From: a virus
Taxonomy: Duplodnaviria; Caudoviricetes
Direction: 5' to 3' (one strand)
IMG/VR virus record: IMGVR_UViG_3300013121_000032
Span: 57,236-121,235 of that record
DNA: 64,000 nucleotides
How positions within the stretch are numbered: position 1 is the stretch's first letter; every line of letters begins with the position of its first letter. The position numbers and the translations under genes are program-made. Shown one piece after another: positions 9,640 through 19,011 of this stretch. The notes under the pieces are model-generated. The model saw only the letters and a list, made by a program, of their open reading frames with translations, was not told where the DNA came from and did no database searches.

Positions 9640-9886
9640 AGGTGGTCCATCTCCAAAAGACCTAATCAAAAAGGTAGCTTAGAGCCGGTTATAGATGTTT
9701 ATCAGCTTTTATGAAAAATACATTTATAGATTTTTGTTCCAAGCTATTTATTAAGAAAATTAATTGGAAATAGAATAATCAATAATAATTCCAGCTAAAT
9801 CTAAAAGACACGTCCCCTCAGTCTTAAACAGATCGAAGCTATAATAACAAGGTTCTAGACTAGAAGATTAATTTTCTTAAAACAAA

Positions 9887-9917
9887 TAAAAGTCCCTGGA
9901 AAAAACAGGGACTTTTA
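9887..9917. terminator. Intrinsic, possibly bidirectional, terminator
   Basis: TAAAAGTCCCTG-GAAAAAA-CAGGGACTTTTA perfect inverted repeat with A/T tracts. Confidence 0.7.
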
Positions 9918-10025
9918 CATTTTGTAATGATAGACTTTTACTATGAGAAATTTAAAAGTTTGCTAACTTTTTAGGTATAACTTTCTGGTCTTCAGAAGAT
10001 ACCTAGTTTGTAGTTTTATATATTT

Positions 10026-13000
10026 TTGGAGAAGCATATGTATTCAATTACTGATGCTAGTTTTTTGTCTGAAGAATTCTTAAATCAATATCAAGGTAAA
10101 AGACCACTACATGCTGGAGTACTATTTGATGTAGTGTATCTTAGAACTTACTCTAGATGGAGGGATGATATTCAAAGAAGGGAAACTTGGTTAGAAACAG
10201 TACAGCGGGTAGTTGAATATTCATTTAGTCTCTATACAGGGCATTATAGTAGTGATGCTTTAATTATTGAAGCTCAAAATTTATTTGATGATATCTTTAA
10301 TCTAAGAGTTTTGCCAGCAGGAAGAACTCTTTGGATTGGTGGAACTCCATCATCATATAAATTTGGTGAAAGTAATTTTAATTGCTCATTCGCAGTAATT
10401 AATTCCATTGAATCTTTTACAGATCTATTTCATTTACTATTGTGTGGTTGTGGTGTTGGTTTTAGAATTTTGGAATCTGATATTAAAACTCTTCCAAAGT
10501 TTGGTAAGGTTTCTATCAAGCATAAAGATTATTTTCCTGTTCATGAGAAGCTTAGATTTGATAGAACAACAATTGATTATGAAGATAACCAACATATCAT
10601 TGAAATTGGAGATTCAAGAGAAGGTTGGGTAGATGCTTTAAGATGTTTTTTAAATATTAGTGCCTCTAATGCAGAAGCAAAAATAGTTTTAAACTATAAC
10701 AGAATTCGCCCTGAAGGATCAAGGATCAAAACATTTGGTGGAAAGGCTCCTGGTCCAAATGGGCTTAGAGAAATGTTTTCTAATATTGGAGAAATTATTA
10801 ATTCATCTACTGGAACTTTAACTCCAGTAAATGTAATGGATATTTGTAACTTCATTGGCAAGAATGTAATTATTGGAGGTACTAGGAGATCTTCTCAGAT
10901 TGCATTAGGCTCTCCTGATGATAGTGAATTTCTAAATGCTAAATTAGATCTTTGGAAAACAAAAACTAATCTCCAAAGAACAATGTCAAATAACTCAGTT
11001 GTTTTTACTAGTAAGCCAAATAAAGAAATAATTGAAACAATTTTTAAAAATATTAAAAATAATGGAGAGCCAGGCTTTTTTAATTTAGGGGCAGCTAGAA
11101 AAAGAAGACCTAATGTACATGGTCTAAATCCTTGCAAACCATTAAAATCATTAATTTTAACAGACCAAGGATATATAACTTTTGAACAAGCATTAAAAAT
11201 GGAATCTTTGAAAGTAGTTTTAAAAGATGGTTCTATAGTTAATGCATCAAAACCATTTAAAACAGGGACAAATAGACCTGTTCATAGATTTTTACTTTCT
11301 AATGGAGCATATATTTATGCTACAGGAAATCATCTCCATAGAGCTGCTAATGGAGAATGGTTGGAAGCAGATAAATTCTATCCAGGATTAGAATTAGATT
11401 ATGGTATTCCTAAAGTTTTAGCATATGGACCTATTACAAATGAAGAGGATTATAAACAAGGAATTCTTTCTGGATGGATTCATGGAGATGGAAGCCTTTC
11501 AGAAAGAAAAGATACTAAAGGATATACTACTCAACTTTGTTTTGGCTATCATGAATTAGATGTAACTAATATATTTGAGAATATGTTTAATAAGTCATCG
11601 GTTCCCCATTTCCAAAACCCTGATACTTGTAAAGTTATAACCTCTCATAAAGTAGACATAATTAAAAAGCTAATAGATAAAGGAATGTCTCTTAATAAAG
11701 AAGATCTTTCTTGGTTGTATCTACAAAGTAGAGATTTTAAATTAGGTTTTATTAAGGCACTTTTTACAGCAGATGGATTAGTTAGAAAAAATGGATTAGT
11801 AGAGCTTTACTCATCAAGAAGAATGGCTTTAGATGTTGTTGCTAATATCTTAAGAGAATTCGGAGTTTATTGTAATATTACAACCCATAATAAGGCAAAA
11901 ACATATATTGCTAAAGATGGAAAAATTAGAAACAATAGTACCTCCTTCAAGATTACTATATATGGTGGACAGTTTAAACAAATCGGTTTTATATCTGAAT
12001 TAAAACAAGAGCTTTTAAATAGGCATGAATTTAAAGCTCCATATAGGCCATATAAACTAAAGATTAAAGAGATAGATTGGAATTATTCTATAGAGGATGT
12101 TTATGATATTACAGTTGATCATCCTGATCATTATTTTATAGATGCATCATCTATAGCACATAATTGCGCAGAGATACTTTTAGACTCTCAGGGATTCTGT
12201 AATTTATGTACTATTAATTTACATTCCTTTGTTAAAGGAACCTCTGATTTTAAACGAAAAAAATTAGCTGGAGCTATTAAAAGAGCAGTTAGGCTTGGAT
12301 TAAGAGCTACTAATATTACTGTTTCCCTTCCTGAATGGGATAAGAAACAAAAACGGGATAGGCTTTTAGGTGTTTCGTTAACTGGTGTAATGGATGCTTT
12401 TGATCATCTAGGATGGTCATATAATTCCTCAGAAGCTATCCAATTACTATGCTGGATGAGGGATATTGCTAATAAAGAAGCAAATAGGTATGCACATGAA
12501 ATGCGTGTTCCGTGTCCTTTATTAGTAACTTGTGTGAAACCTGAAGGATGTTGGACAAAGGAGTATACAAGAACCTTTGATCAAGGAATCCTATTCTTAG
12601 ATGAAATTTATAATGATATTGAGAAGCACGATGGTTTTCATAATCTTCATGTTAGAAAATTAGCTACTAGATATTCATCAAATGGTTATGGTGTTACCAA
12701 GACTTATACTAATCATATTAAACCAATTAAAAAAATAACATTAAGGAATGGAAGAGTTCTTAAAATTACAGAAGAACATCCAATGTTTATTAGAAATATT
12801 AAAAATATAAATGGCTTTGGGTCTTGGGTTAAAGCCAAAGATTTAAAGCCTGGTATGGAAATAGATAGTAGTCTTGGAAGCTATACCCGTATAATTGAAG
12901 ATAGATTATTAAATAGTTCTTTAGATGGACTTAGGGCTGATACAAAAGACTATCCAACACCTAAGGCACTTTCCCCAAATTTAGCATGGCTTATTGGCTT

Positions 13001-14234
13001 ATATTGGGGAGATGGATGCTTCACCTCAAATAATAGAATTAAATTAATTGGGGCAGAATTAGATATTCATCTAAAAGCTCAAAAGATTTGGAAAGAGCTA
13101 TTTAATGTGGAGACTACTATTAAACAATGTACAGATAGGAAGGGTTGGACTCAAGATTTTCAATCAGCTAAATTAAGGAGATGGTTCTTTGAAAATGGTT
13201 TAGATAAAGAAAGTCATACTGACTTAACAAAATTGCCAGAAAGAGTAAGAAGAAGTAGTAAAGAATCCATTATTGCTTTTATTGCAGGTTTATCAGATGC
13301 AGATGGCTGTTTTGCAAATAAAAGTTTTTGCATAGATAATAAAAGTGAATTTTTTATGAGACACCTACAAGAAGTAGGTGAAGCTGTGGGATTGTGTTTT
13401 GGATTATCTATTAATAAACAAAGATTAAATTCACATAGTAAAAAGCCTATATATAAATTACATCTTTCTAGGACTGGATCTATTAAAGAATCTATGGATT
13501 TAATCAATAAACATTCCATTAAAGGTAATTCTAAACCTATAGAATTTTCTCAAAACTCTAATAAAACATTCTACCCTTACTCTATTAAGAGTATAGAAGA
13601 GGGAGAACAAGAACAGACTTTTGATATAGAGGTTTCTGGTGTCCATTGGTACTATCAGGGTGGATTGAAAAGTCATAATACTTTATCTCAGCTTCCTACA
13701 GTAAGTAGTGGATTACATAGGGCATATGCTCCTTATTATATAAGACGAATTAGAATCTCTGCTATGGACCCTGTAGCTAAAGCCCTTCAAAAGCTTGGAT
13801 TATCATTTGAGTATGACCATGGAAAAAAAGAACGGTTGGTTTTTTCATTCCCTATTAAGACTGATGCTAAATTAGCAGCAAACAATGAGTCTGCTATAGA
13901 CCAATTTAATAGATATCTAACCTTCCAAAAGTTTTATACAGATCATAACTCTTCATGTACTTTAACTATTGGTGAAAACGAATGGGAAAGTATTGTTAAT
14001 TCTGTTTATTCTAATTGGAATGATGTTATTGCTTGTGCATTCCTACCTAAATATACAGATGCCTATCCTCAAATGCCTTATGAAGAAATCTCTAAAGAGA
14101 AATATGAGGAAATGGTAGAAAAATTTCCTAATTTAAAGAATCTTGAAGATTTGGTTAATGAAATTGAAATTCAAGAGTATGAAGATGTAGAATTAGATTC
14201 TGACTGTTCTTCTGGTGTATGCCCTATTAGATGA
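10026..14234 (+). CDS. nrdJ: Class II (B12-dependent, RTPR/NrdJ-type) ribonucleotide reductase with two inteins; likely start ATG 10038
   Basis: RTYSR..ETW, PAGRTLW, NC, GCGVGF, IGDSREGW, GGTRRSS, split NP/CAE catalytic motif, split KPEG/T, DHNSSCT, YPQMPYEEI, C-terminal CSSGVCPIR. Confidence 0.93.
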   Translation: MEKHMYSITDASFLSEEFLNQYQGKRPLHAGVLFDVVYLRTYSRWRDDIQRRETWLETVQRVVEYSFSLYTGHYSSDALIIEAQNLFDDIFNLRVLPAGRTLWIGGTPSSYKFGESNFNCSFAVINSIESFTDLFHLLLCGCGVGFRILESDIKTLPKFGKVSIKHKDYFPVHEKLRFDRTTIDYEDNQHIIEIGDSREGWVDALRCFLNISASNAEAKIVLNYNRIRPEGSRIKTFGGKAPGPNGLREMFSNIGEIINSSTGTLTPVNVMDICNFIGKNVIIGGTRRSSQIALGSPDDSEFLNAKLDLWKTKTNLQRTMSNNSVVFTSKPNKEIIETIFKNIKNNGEPGFFNLGAARKRRPNVHGLNPCKPLKSLILTDQGYITFEQALKMESLKVVLKDGSIVNASKPFKTGTNRPVHRFLLSNGAYIYATGNHLHRAANGEWLEADKFYPGLELDYGIPKVLAYGPITNEEDYKQGILSGWIHGDGSLSERKDTKGYTTQLCFGYHELDVTNIFENMFNKSSVPHFQNPDTCKVITSHKVDIIKKLIDKGMSLNKEDLSWLYLQSRDFKLGFIKALFTADGLVRKNGLVELYSSRRMALDVVANILREFGVYCNITTHNKAKTYIAKDGKIRNNSTSFKITIYGGQFKQIGFISELKQELLNRHEFKAPYRPYKLKIKEIDWNYSIEDVYDITVDHPDHYFIDASSIAHNCAEILLDSQGFCNLCTINLHSFVKGTSDFKRKKLAGAIKRAVRLGLRATNITVSLPEWDKKQKRDRLLGVSLTGVMDAFDHLGWSYNSSEAIQLLCWMRDIANKEANRYAHEMRVPCPLLVTCVKPEGCWTKEYTRTFDQGILFLDEIYNDIEKHDGFHNLHVRKLATRYSSNGYGVTKTYTNHIKPIKKITLRNGRVLKITEEHPMFIRNIKNINGFGSWVKAKDLKPGMEIDSSLGSYTRIIEDRLLNSSLDGLRADTKDYPTPKALSPNLAWLIGLYWGDGCFTSNNRIKLIGAELDIHLKAQKIWKELFNVETTIKQCTDRKGWTQDFQSAKLRRWFFENGLDKESHTDLTKLPERVRRSSKESIIAFIAGLSDADGCFANKSFCIDNKSEFFMRHLQEVGEAVGLCFGLSINKQRLNSHSKKPIYKLHLSRTGSIKESMDLINKHSIKGNSKPIEFSQNSNKTFYPYSIKSIEEGEQEQTFDIEVSGVHWYYQGGLKSHNTLSQLPTVSSGLHRAYAPYYIRRIRISAMDPVAKALQKLGLSFEYDHGKKERLVFSFPIKTDAKLAANNESAIDQFNRYLTFQKFYTDHNSSCTLTIGENEWESIVNSVYSNWNDVIACAFLPKYTDAYPQMPYEEISKEKYEEMVEKFPNLKNLEDLVNEIEIQEYEDVELDSDCSSGVCPIR
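11133..12164 (+). mobile_element. Intein 1 (344 aa) with LAGLIDADG homing endonuclease, inserted at the catalytic NP/CAE motif
   Basis: Starts C(KPLKS), block B ATGNH, LAGLIDADG-like LSGWIHGDG and FIKALFTADG, block F VYDITV, ends HN before C(AEILL). Confidence 0.92.
12549..13679 (+). mobile_element. Intein 2 (377 aa) with LAGLIDADG homing endonuclease, inserted in KPEG/T
   Basis: Starts C(WTKEY), block B ITEEHP, LIGLYWGDG and FIAGLSDADG, TFDIEV, ends SHN before T(LSQL). Confidence 0.92.
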
Positions 14235-14566
14235 GTAAATTAAAGAACATTTTGAGAAATCGCTTGGACAAATTAAGATATAGAGTTAATATACTTACTT
14301 GTGATGATTTTTTGATACTTAGACCTATGTACTCTTATGGAGCATGTTGTTTAAAATGCCATGCTGTTGATGAGGTATATCCATTTAGTCCTCAAGAAAT
14401 ACATTATCCTGGAAAAAGAAATCTAGCATTTAAATTATGTTTCTGTTTTGCAGACTGTCTCCGTAAACAAAAAAAATATACATTGACAAGAGATACATGG
14501 GCAACTATACTTAGAGGTGCTAGAAAGCATCAACAAAAGCTTAAAAGACAATGGCAAGGAGTTTAA
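14231..14566 (+). CDS. Hypothetical Cys-rich protein
   Basis: CLKC and C..C motifs; overlaps the nrdJ stop. Confidence 0.5.
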   Translation: MSKLKNILRNRLDKLRYRVNILTCDDFLILRPMYSYGACCLKCHAVDEVYPFSPQEIHYPGKRNLAFKLCFCFADCLRKQKKYTLTRDTWATILRGARKHQQKLKRQWQGV

Positions 14567-15663
14567 AAATGGTTAATGAACCAAATACTACTGTTCAAGA
14601 AACTACTACAGATAATTCAGTAGTTATTGATTCTTCAGAAAAGAAAAAGAAAAATTTGGAAATGACCTGGTATAAGATTAAGAATCTTAATGAGACATAT
14701 TATACTCCTTTCTCTAGCACTGTTAAAACTCATTTTAAAGTGATTGGTGATGGAATTAATCCTCCAACACCTAAAGAATTGGCAGAATATTTTAACACTC
14801 CTGGTAATCTTGGAGCTTATAATAAGGATTACGGACTTGTTATTGAAAATAAAAAAATGGAACCAGTTAATCCTCCGATTAAGCTTCCAGCAGGATGCTA
14901 TACCTATGCAAAGAATTGTTTGTTCCCTCTGAAACTTAGGTCAGATGCAGTATTAGAATTGTCATCTTCATATAGTCTTTTGAAGAAAGATATAGAAGAT
15001 TTTCTTGAGAATGAGGATGTATACTCTAATAATAAGCTTATACATAAGCTTGGCATTCTTTTGTATGGACATCCTGGTAATGGAAAAACTTCTAGTATCA
15101 GGGCAGTACTTAGAAATATAAAAGATGAATTAGAGCCTGTTGCTATTTTTGTAGGATCTCAATTTCCAACAGATGCCTTCATTAGAAAGATTAATTCCTC
15201 TCTTAAAAATCGTCTTAAATTCTTCATCTTTGAAGAATTAACAGAAGCCTTAAGAGAAAGTCAAGGATTCATCGGACAAATGCTTGATTTTTTAGATGGT
15301 GAAAGAAGCCCATCAAAATGTATTGTTCTTGCAACAACTAACTTTCCTCATGTATTGCCAAAATCTATTGTAGATAGACCAAGTAGATTTGATAAACTCT
15401 ATGAGTTTAAAGAGCCTGATGATGAAGAAAGAAAAGTAATCTTGAATTATTTTCTTCATAAAGATATCACTCAAGCAGAAATTAGTCTAACTAAAGGTTT
15501 AAGCATTGCTGCATTAAAAGAAGCTTGTTTGTCTGTAACAGTTGGAAAGCATACATTAGAAGAAGCTGTTAAAGCTCTTAAACATAGAACTGAGCTTTGT
15601 GAACGTGTGTTCCAAAAAGCTAAGGAATCTCATGTTGGTTTTGGATTAACTGGTAAGTCTTGA
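14551..15663 (+). CDS. AAA+ ATPase (classical clade)
   Basis: Walker A GHPGNGKT, Walker B FIFEE, LDG, sensor-1 ATTN, second region of homology DRPSRFD. Confidence 0.88.
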   Translation: MARSLKMVNEPNTTVQETTTDNSVVIDSSEKKKKNLEMTWYKIKNLNETYYTPFSSTVKTHFKVIGDGINPPTPKELAEYFNTPGNLGAYNKDYGLVIENKKMEPVNPPIKLPAGCYTYAKNCLFPLKLRSDAVLELSSSYSLLKKDIEDFLENEDVYSNNKLIHKLGILLYGHPGNGKTSSIRAVLRNIKDELEPVAIFVGSQFPTDAFIRKINSSLKNRLKFFIFEELTEALRESQGFIGQMLDFLDGERSPSKCIVLATTNFPHVLPKSIVDRPSRFDKLYEFKEPDDEERKVILNYFLHKDITQAEISLTKGLSIAALKEACLSVTVGKHTLEEAVKALKHRTELCERVFQKAKESHVGFGLTGKS

Positions 15664-15689
15664 CAAAACTAAATTAGCTAGTCTATAAT
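15660..15689 (+). promoter_or_regulatory. Sigma70-type promoter
   Basis: TTGACA-18 nt-TATAAT before the ORF at 15719. Confidence 0.6.
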
Positions 15690-15718
15690 ATAAATTGGTG
15701 TTGGTAGGGAGAAAATAA

Positions 15719-16048
15719 ATGAATAAGACACTTAAGGGAGTAGCTATTGGTATAGCAATTTCTGTGATTACTTTTGGTACTGGACTTTGTGCTAAAAATA
15801 TGACAGACTTTCCTCCATTGGAAGCATTTAATGATACTGAAACTTCTGATACAGGAATGGCAAAACTTAATAATATGGTAGTTCATATGAATGAACTTGA
15901 AAGAAAGATTGATGGACATACAGCAGCTATTAATAAGCTTTTCTCAGCAGTCAATAGTGTTGGTTCTGGACTTGTAGAAACATCTGATAAATTGGACGCT
16001 CTGATTCAAGTTCTTGCTTCTAATGCTGAAAAAGAAGGTAATAAATAA
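15719..16048 (+). CDS. Exported or membrane-anchored coiled-coil protein
   Basis: N-terminal hydrophobic segment, heptad-like C-terminus, GGGAG RBS. Confidence 0.55.
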   Translation: MNKTLKGVAIGIAISVITFGTGLCAKNMTDFPPLEAFNDTETSDTGMAKLNNMVVHMNELERKIDGHTAAINKLFSAVNSVGSGLVETSDKLDALIQVLASNAEKEGNK

Positions 16049-16809
16049 TGGTAATTGATAGTAAATTTAGACCAAGACCTCCATTTATTAACCCCCCTAA
16101 GCCACCGGAAAATCCTCCTGTAGCTGAAAAGAAACCAGTAAATTCAAAAACTAGTAAAGAATATTTGAATTTTCTAGCCTTGGTTCTAGATGAGTCTGGT
16201 TCAATGAAACGTGTACAAGACCAAATGATTTCTGGTTTTAATGAATACATTGATGAGAGAAGGAAAGAGGTTGAAGAAGGAAATAGAATTAATTTCTGGT
16301 TTACTAAATTTAGTACAAATGTACGAATTGTCCATGAAGGTTTGAACCCCAAAGAAATTCCTGATCTTGATTTGGAGCATTACAAACCATTAGGTAATAC
16401 ATCTCTATATGATGCAGTAGGCCATACTATTTTGTCTATGGATAAGGCTCTTAAAGAAGCATCTCATGCATGTGATAAATGCAAAGCTCCAGTTAAACCT
16501 AGAGTATTTGTAGTTATCATGACAGACGGTGAAGAAAATTCTTCCTCTGATTTTACCTGTAATCAAATTAAACAAATGATTTCAGAAAGAGAAGCAGAAG
16601 GAAATTGGACATTCTTATATATTGGAGCAAATCAGGATGTCTGGAGAGCTTCACGAGCTATGGGTATAGGTGGATCTAATGCTATATCATATGCAGCTGC
16701 TGCACCTAAGGGAGCTATGAGTGCTTTAAATAGAGTGCAAGCTAATATGATTCAAAGTGAGAGCTTACAATCATTAGACACCTTTAAAGGAAAGGAGAAA
16801 TTGAACTAA
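16048..16809 (+). CDS. von Willebrand factor A domain protein
   Basis: MIDAS LVLDESGSM, TSLYDA, MTDGEENSS, WTFLYIGANQD. Confidence 0.88.
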   Translation: MVIDSKFRPRPPFINPPKPPENPPVAEKKPVNSKTSKEYLNFLALVLDESGSMKRVQDQMISGFNEYIDERRKEVEEGNRINFWFTKFSTNVRIVHEGLNPKEIPDLDLEHYKPLGNTSLYDAVGHTILSMDKALKEASHACDKCKAPVKPRVFVVIMTDGEENSSSDFTCNQIKQMISEREAEGNWTFLYIGANQDVWRASRAMGIGGSNAISYAAAAPKGAMSALNRVQANMIQSESLQSLDTFKGKEKLN

Positions 16810-17057
16810 GTTTTTGCAGCTAGAATAACCCCTCCGATCAAAAGCGCTGCAAACTACATCCCTTCCGGCAGAGAAATCTTACGGAGGGGATTGTAGTAAA
16901 ATTAAATTGTGGCAAAAGGCATTACACCCATATCTAAACGTCCCTGGAACACTTGGGATGATGTATTAATTAATGGTCAGTTCTTAAAAAGAATCCGAGT
17001 AAAAGCTACTAAGGAATTCTGTGATTCATGCTTACAACAAAAAGGATCTACACATAA

Positions 17058-17591
17058 ATGGGGATGTCCAGAGGAATTAAGCCCTTGCAAGAAGTGCAAG
17101 TTTATGATAGACTGCCTCTGTCCAATCAGAGAGGGAGAGGAAGTTTGAATACATTATCAGATCAAGACACACAGAAATTCTTCCCATATGATTTTAGCTG
17201 GAAGGAATTTGATAAGCATTGGAAAGAATTAGTAAAAGATCCAGTTAGAAGTAAACAATTAACTGTAACCCACCATATGCTCGCTCAAATGATTAGGGGA
17301 AGAGATTGGAGAAAAGGATTAACACCCCCATCAAGTCGTTCTAAAATAGCTAATGGTTATATTTGGAAGCCTATTCTTGGTCTTGCAGAAATACGGGCCA
17401 GTGCTATTTCAATCACTGAGAAAAATCCTAATATTGAATTCATGATTAAAGTATTAGGCCCATTTGAAGAAGTACTACATCCTCATGCTCTACAGGAATT
17501 AGCAGCTTATTTGCCATTTATGGCAGATATAGAAGCTCTACAAAATAAATGTTATGCCTATATTAAAGTGGATGAATACGATGATGATTAA
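17058..17591 (+). CDS. Hypothetical phage protein
   Basis: Open frame; IRGRDWRKGLTP segment; true start probably downstream. Confidence 0.5.
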   Translation: MGMSRGIKPLQEVQVYDRLPLSNQRGRGSLNTLSDQDTQKFFPYDFSWKEFDKHWKELVKDPVRSKQLTVTHHMLAQMIRGRDWRKGLTPPSSRSKIANGYIWKPILGLAEIRASAISITEKNPNIEFMIKVLGPFEEVLHPHALQELAAYLPFMADIEALQNKCYAYIKVDEYDDD

Positions 17592-17988
17592 ATTTACTGA
17601 AGAAGCAAATGTTAAATATGTATATATCATTGTTAGAAATGATTTACCTACTTTAACAGATCAGGCATATCATGCTATTAAAGTAGGTATGATGGCTGCT
17701 AGGGCTTATAAGGATATTGATAATAACACTCCTGTAGTTTTCTTGGAATTTACTGAGAAGGAAATGTGGAACAAAGCTCTATTTACATTAAAGGAATTAA
17801 ATATTGACTACCAAATGATTTTTGATCGCGGAGTTGCTAAGAAAAGCCATGGCTTTGGATATACTTGTATTGCTACTGAACCTGTAGCATGGATTAAAGA
17901 TTTTGAACAATATAGGTATTGGAACAGTGGCGAACACAAAAAAGAAACAGCAGCAAAAGAAAAAAGTACAACAAAAGCAGCAAGCTAA
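17554..17988 (+). CDS. Peptidyl-tRNA hydrolase 2 (PTH2)-like protein
   Basis: YVYIIVRNDL, QAYHA, VVFL and YTCIATEP follow the PTH2 pattern. Confidence 0.55.
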   Translation: MPILKWMNTMMIKFTEEANVKYVYIIVRNDLPTLTDQAYHAIKVGMMAARAYKDIDNNTPVVFLEFTEKEMWNKALFTLKELNIDYQMIFDRGVAKKSHGFGYTCIATEPVAWIKDFEQYRYWNSGEHKKETAAKEKSTTKAAS

Positions 17989-18027
17989 AGTTGATAAGTA
18001 TGTTGATCAAAAGAAAAGGAAAGTAAA

Positions 18028-18204
18028 ATGAAAGAGCAATTGATTGCATTAGGTACATTAATGATGCTTCATTCTACTACTGGTAAAGTTGAGGCTATGC
18101 CTTCTTTAAAAGAAGTTGGTCAAGGCTTGGTTAAAGTAGTAAAAAAGGTAGTATCTGTACCTGGTAAGCTTGTTAAAAAAGTATTACCAAAGAATAATAA
18201 GTAG
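18028..18204 (+). CDS. Small secreted cationic amphipathic peptide (58 aa, not in ORF track)
   Basis: AAGGA RBS; MKEQLIALGTLMMLHSTTGKVEA-MPSLKEVGQGLVKVVKKVVSVPGKLVKKVLPKNNK. Confidence 0.6.
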   Translation: MKEQLIALGTLMMLHSTTGKVEAMPSLKEVGQGLVKVVKKVVSVPGKLVKKVLPKNNK

Positions 18205-18237
18205 AGTCCGGGCTTCAAAACCAGAAGGAGATAGACC

Positions 18238-19011
18238 ATGATTAGCTTTATATTATGGTCTATCTTTTTGTATTTATTTCATGGTATTGGAATTACGCTT
18301 GGATATCATAGAAGACTTGCCCATAAATCATTTAAAATGGCTAAATGGGTAGAGTATATATTTGTTATAGGTGGATATTTGGCAATGATGGGAGCACCTA
18401 TAAGCTGGGTAGCAATCCATAGAAGACATCATCAGGTTACAGATATAGAGGGAAAAGATCCCCATACTCCAAGAGATGGGTTTTTTCATTCTTTAGTTGC
18501 ATGGATGTTCTATGTAGATAAATATCAAACAACTCCTCAAGCACGTCTTTTAGTTCCTGATTTAATGAAGGATAAGTTTTATAGACTATTAGGAGATACA
18601 GCATTACCTTCTAAACGATGGCTTAATTTTGGAAGCTGCATTTTATTTAGATACTTAATATTGATTTTGTTTGGTAAGGAAGCTTTTTATGCTAGTCTTA
18701 TAACATGGTGGGTTGTATTTTGGAGTCCTCAATTAGTAAACTCTCTTTGCCATATACCAGCCCTTGGATATAGGAATTTTTCTACAGATGATGATAGTAC
18801 TAATGTTCCTTGGTTATTTGCTTTTGGAGAGAATTGGCATAATACTCATCACTATATTCCAAAATCAGCAAGACATGGTATTTTTGCTAATGAGTTTGAT
18901 ATTACTTGGGAAACAATTAAGCTTTTAGAAAAGCTAGGCTTGGTGTGGGAGATTAAAGATGGGACAAGTTCTCGTAGATTGGCAAATAGAGAAGGAAATA
19001 GTTCAAGGTAA
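18238..19011 (+). CDS. Membrane delta-9 type fatty acid desaturase (DesC/SCD family)
   Basis: His boxes HRRLAH, HRRHH and HNTHH; GITLGYHR, DPHTP, VNSLCH, GENWHN. Confidence 0.93.
   Translation: MISFILWSIFLYLFHGIGITLGYHRRLAHKSFKMAKWVEYIFVIGGYLAMMGAPISWVAIHRRHHQVTDIEGKDPHTPRDGFFHSLVAWMFYVDKYQTTPQARLLVPDLMKDKFYRLLGDTALPSKRWLNFGSCILFRYLILILFGKEAFYASLITWWVVFWSPQLVNSLCHIPALGYRNFSTDDDSTNVPWLFAFGENWHNTHHYIPKSARHGIFANEFDITWETIKLLEKLGLVWEIKDGTSSRRLANREGNSSR

Noticed and set aside
9800-10025. Cobalamin riboswitch, preQ1 riboswitch or NrdR boxes upstream of nrdJ
   Set aside because: Only short fragments such as GGTTCTAG match; the required stems and consensus are absent.
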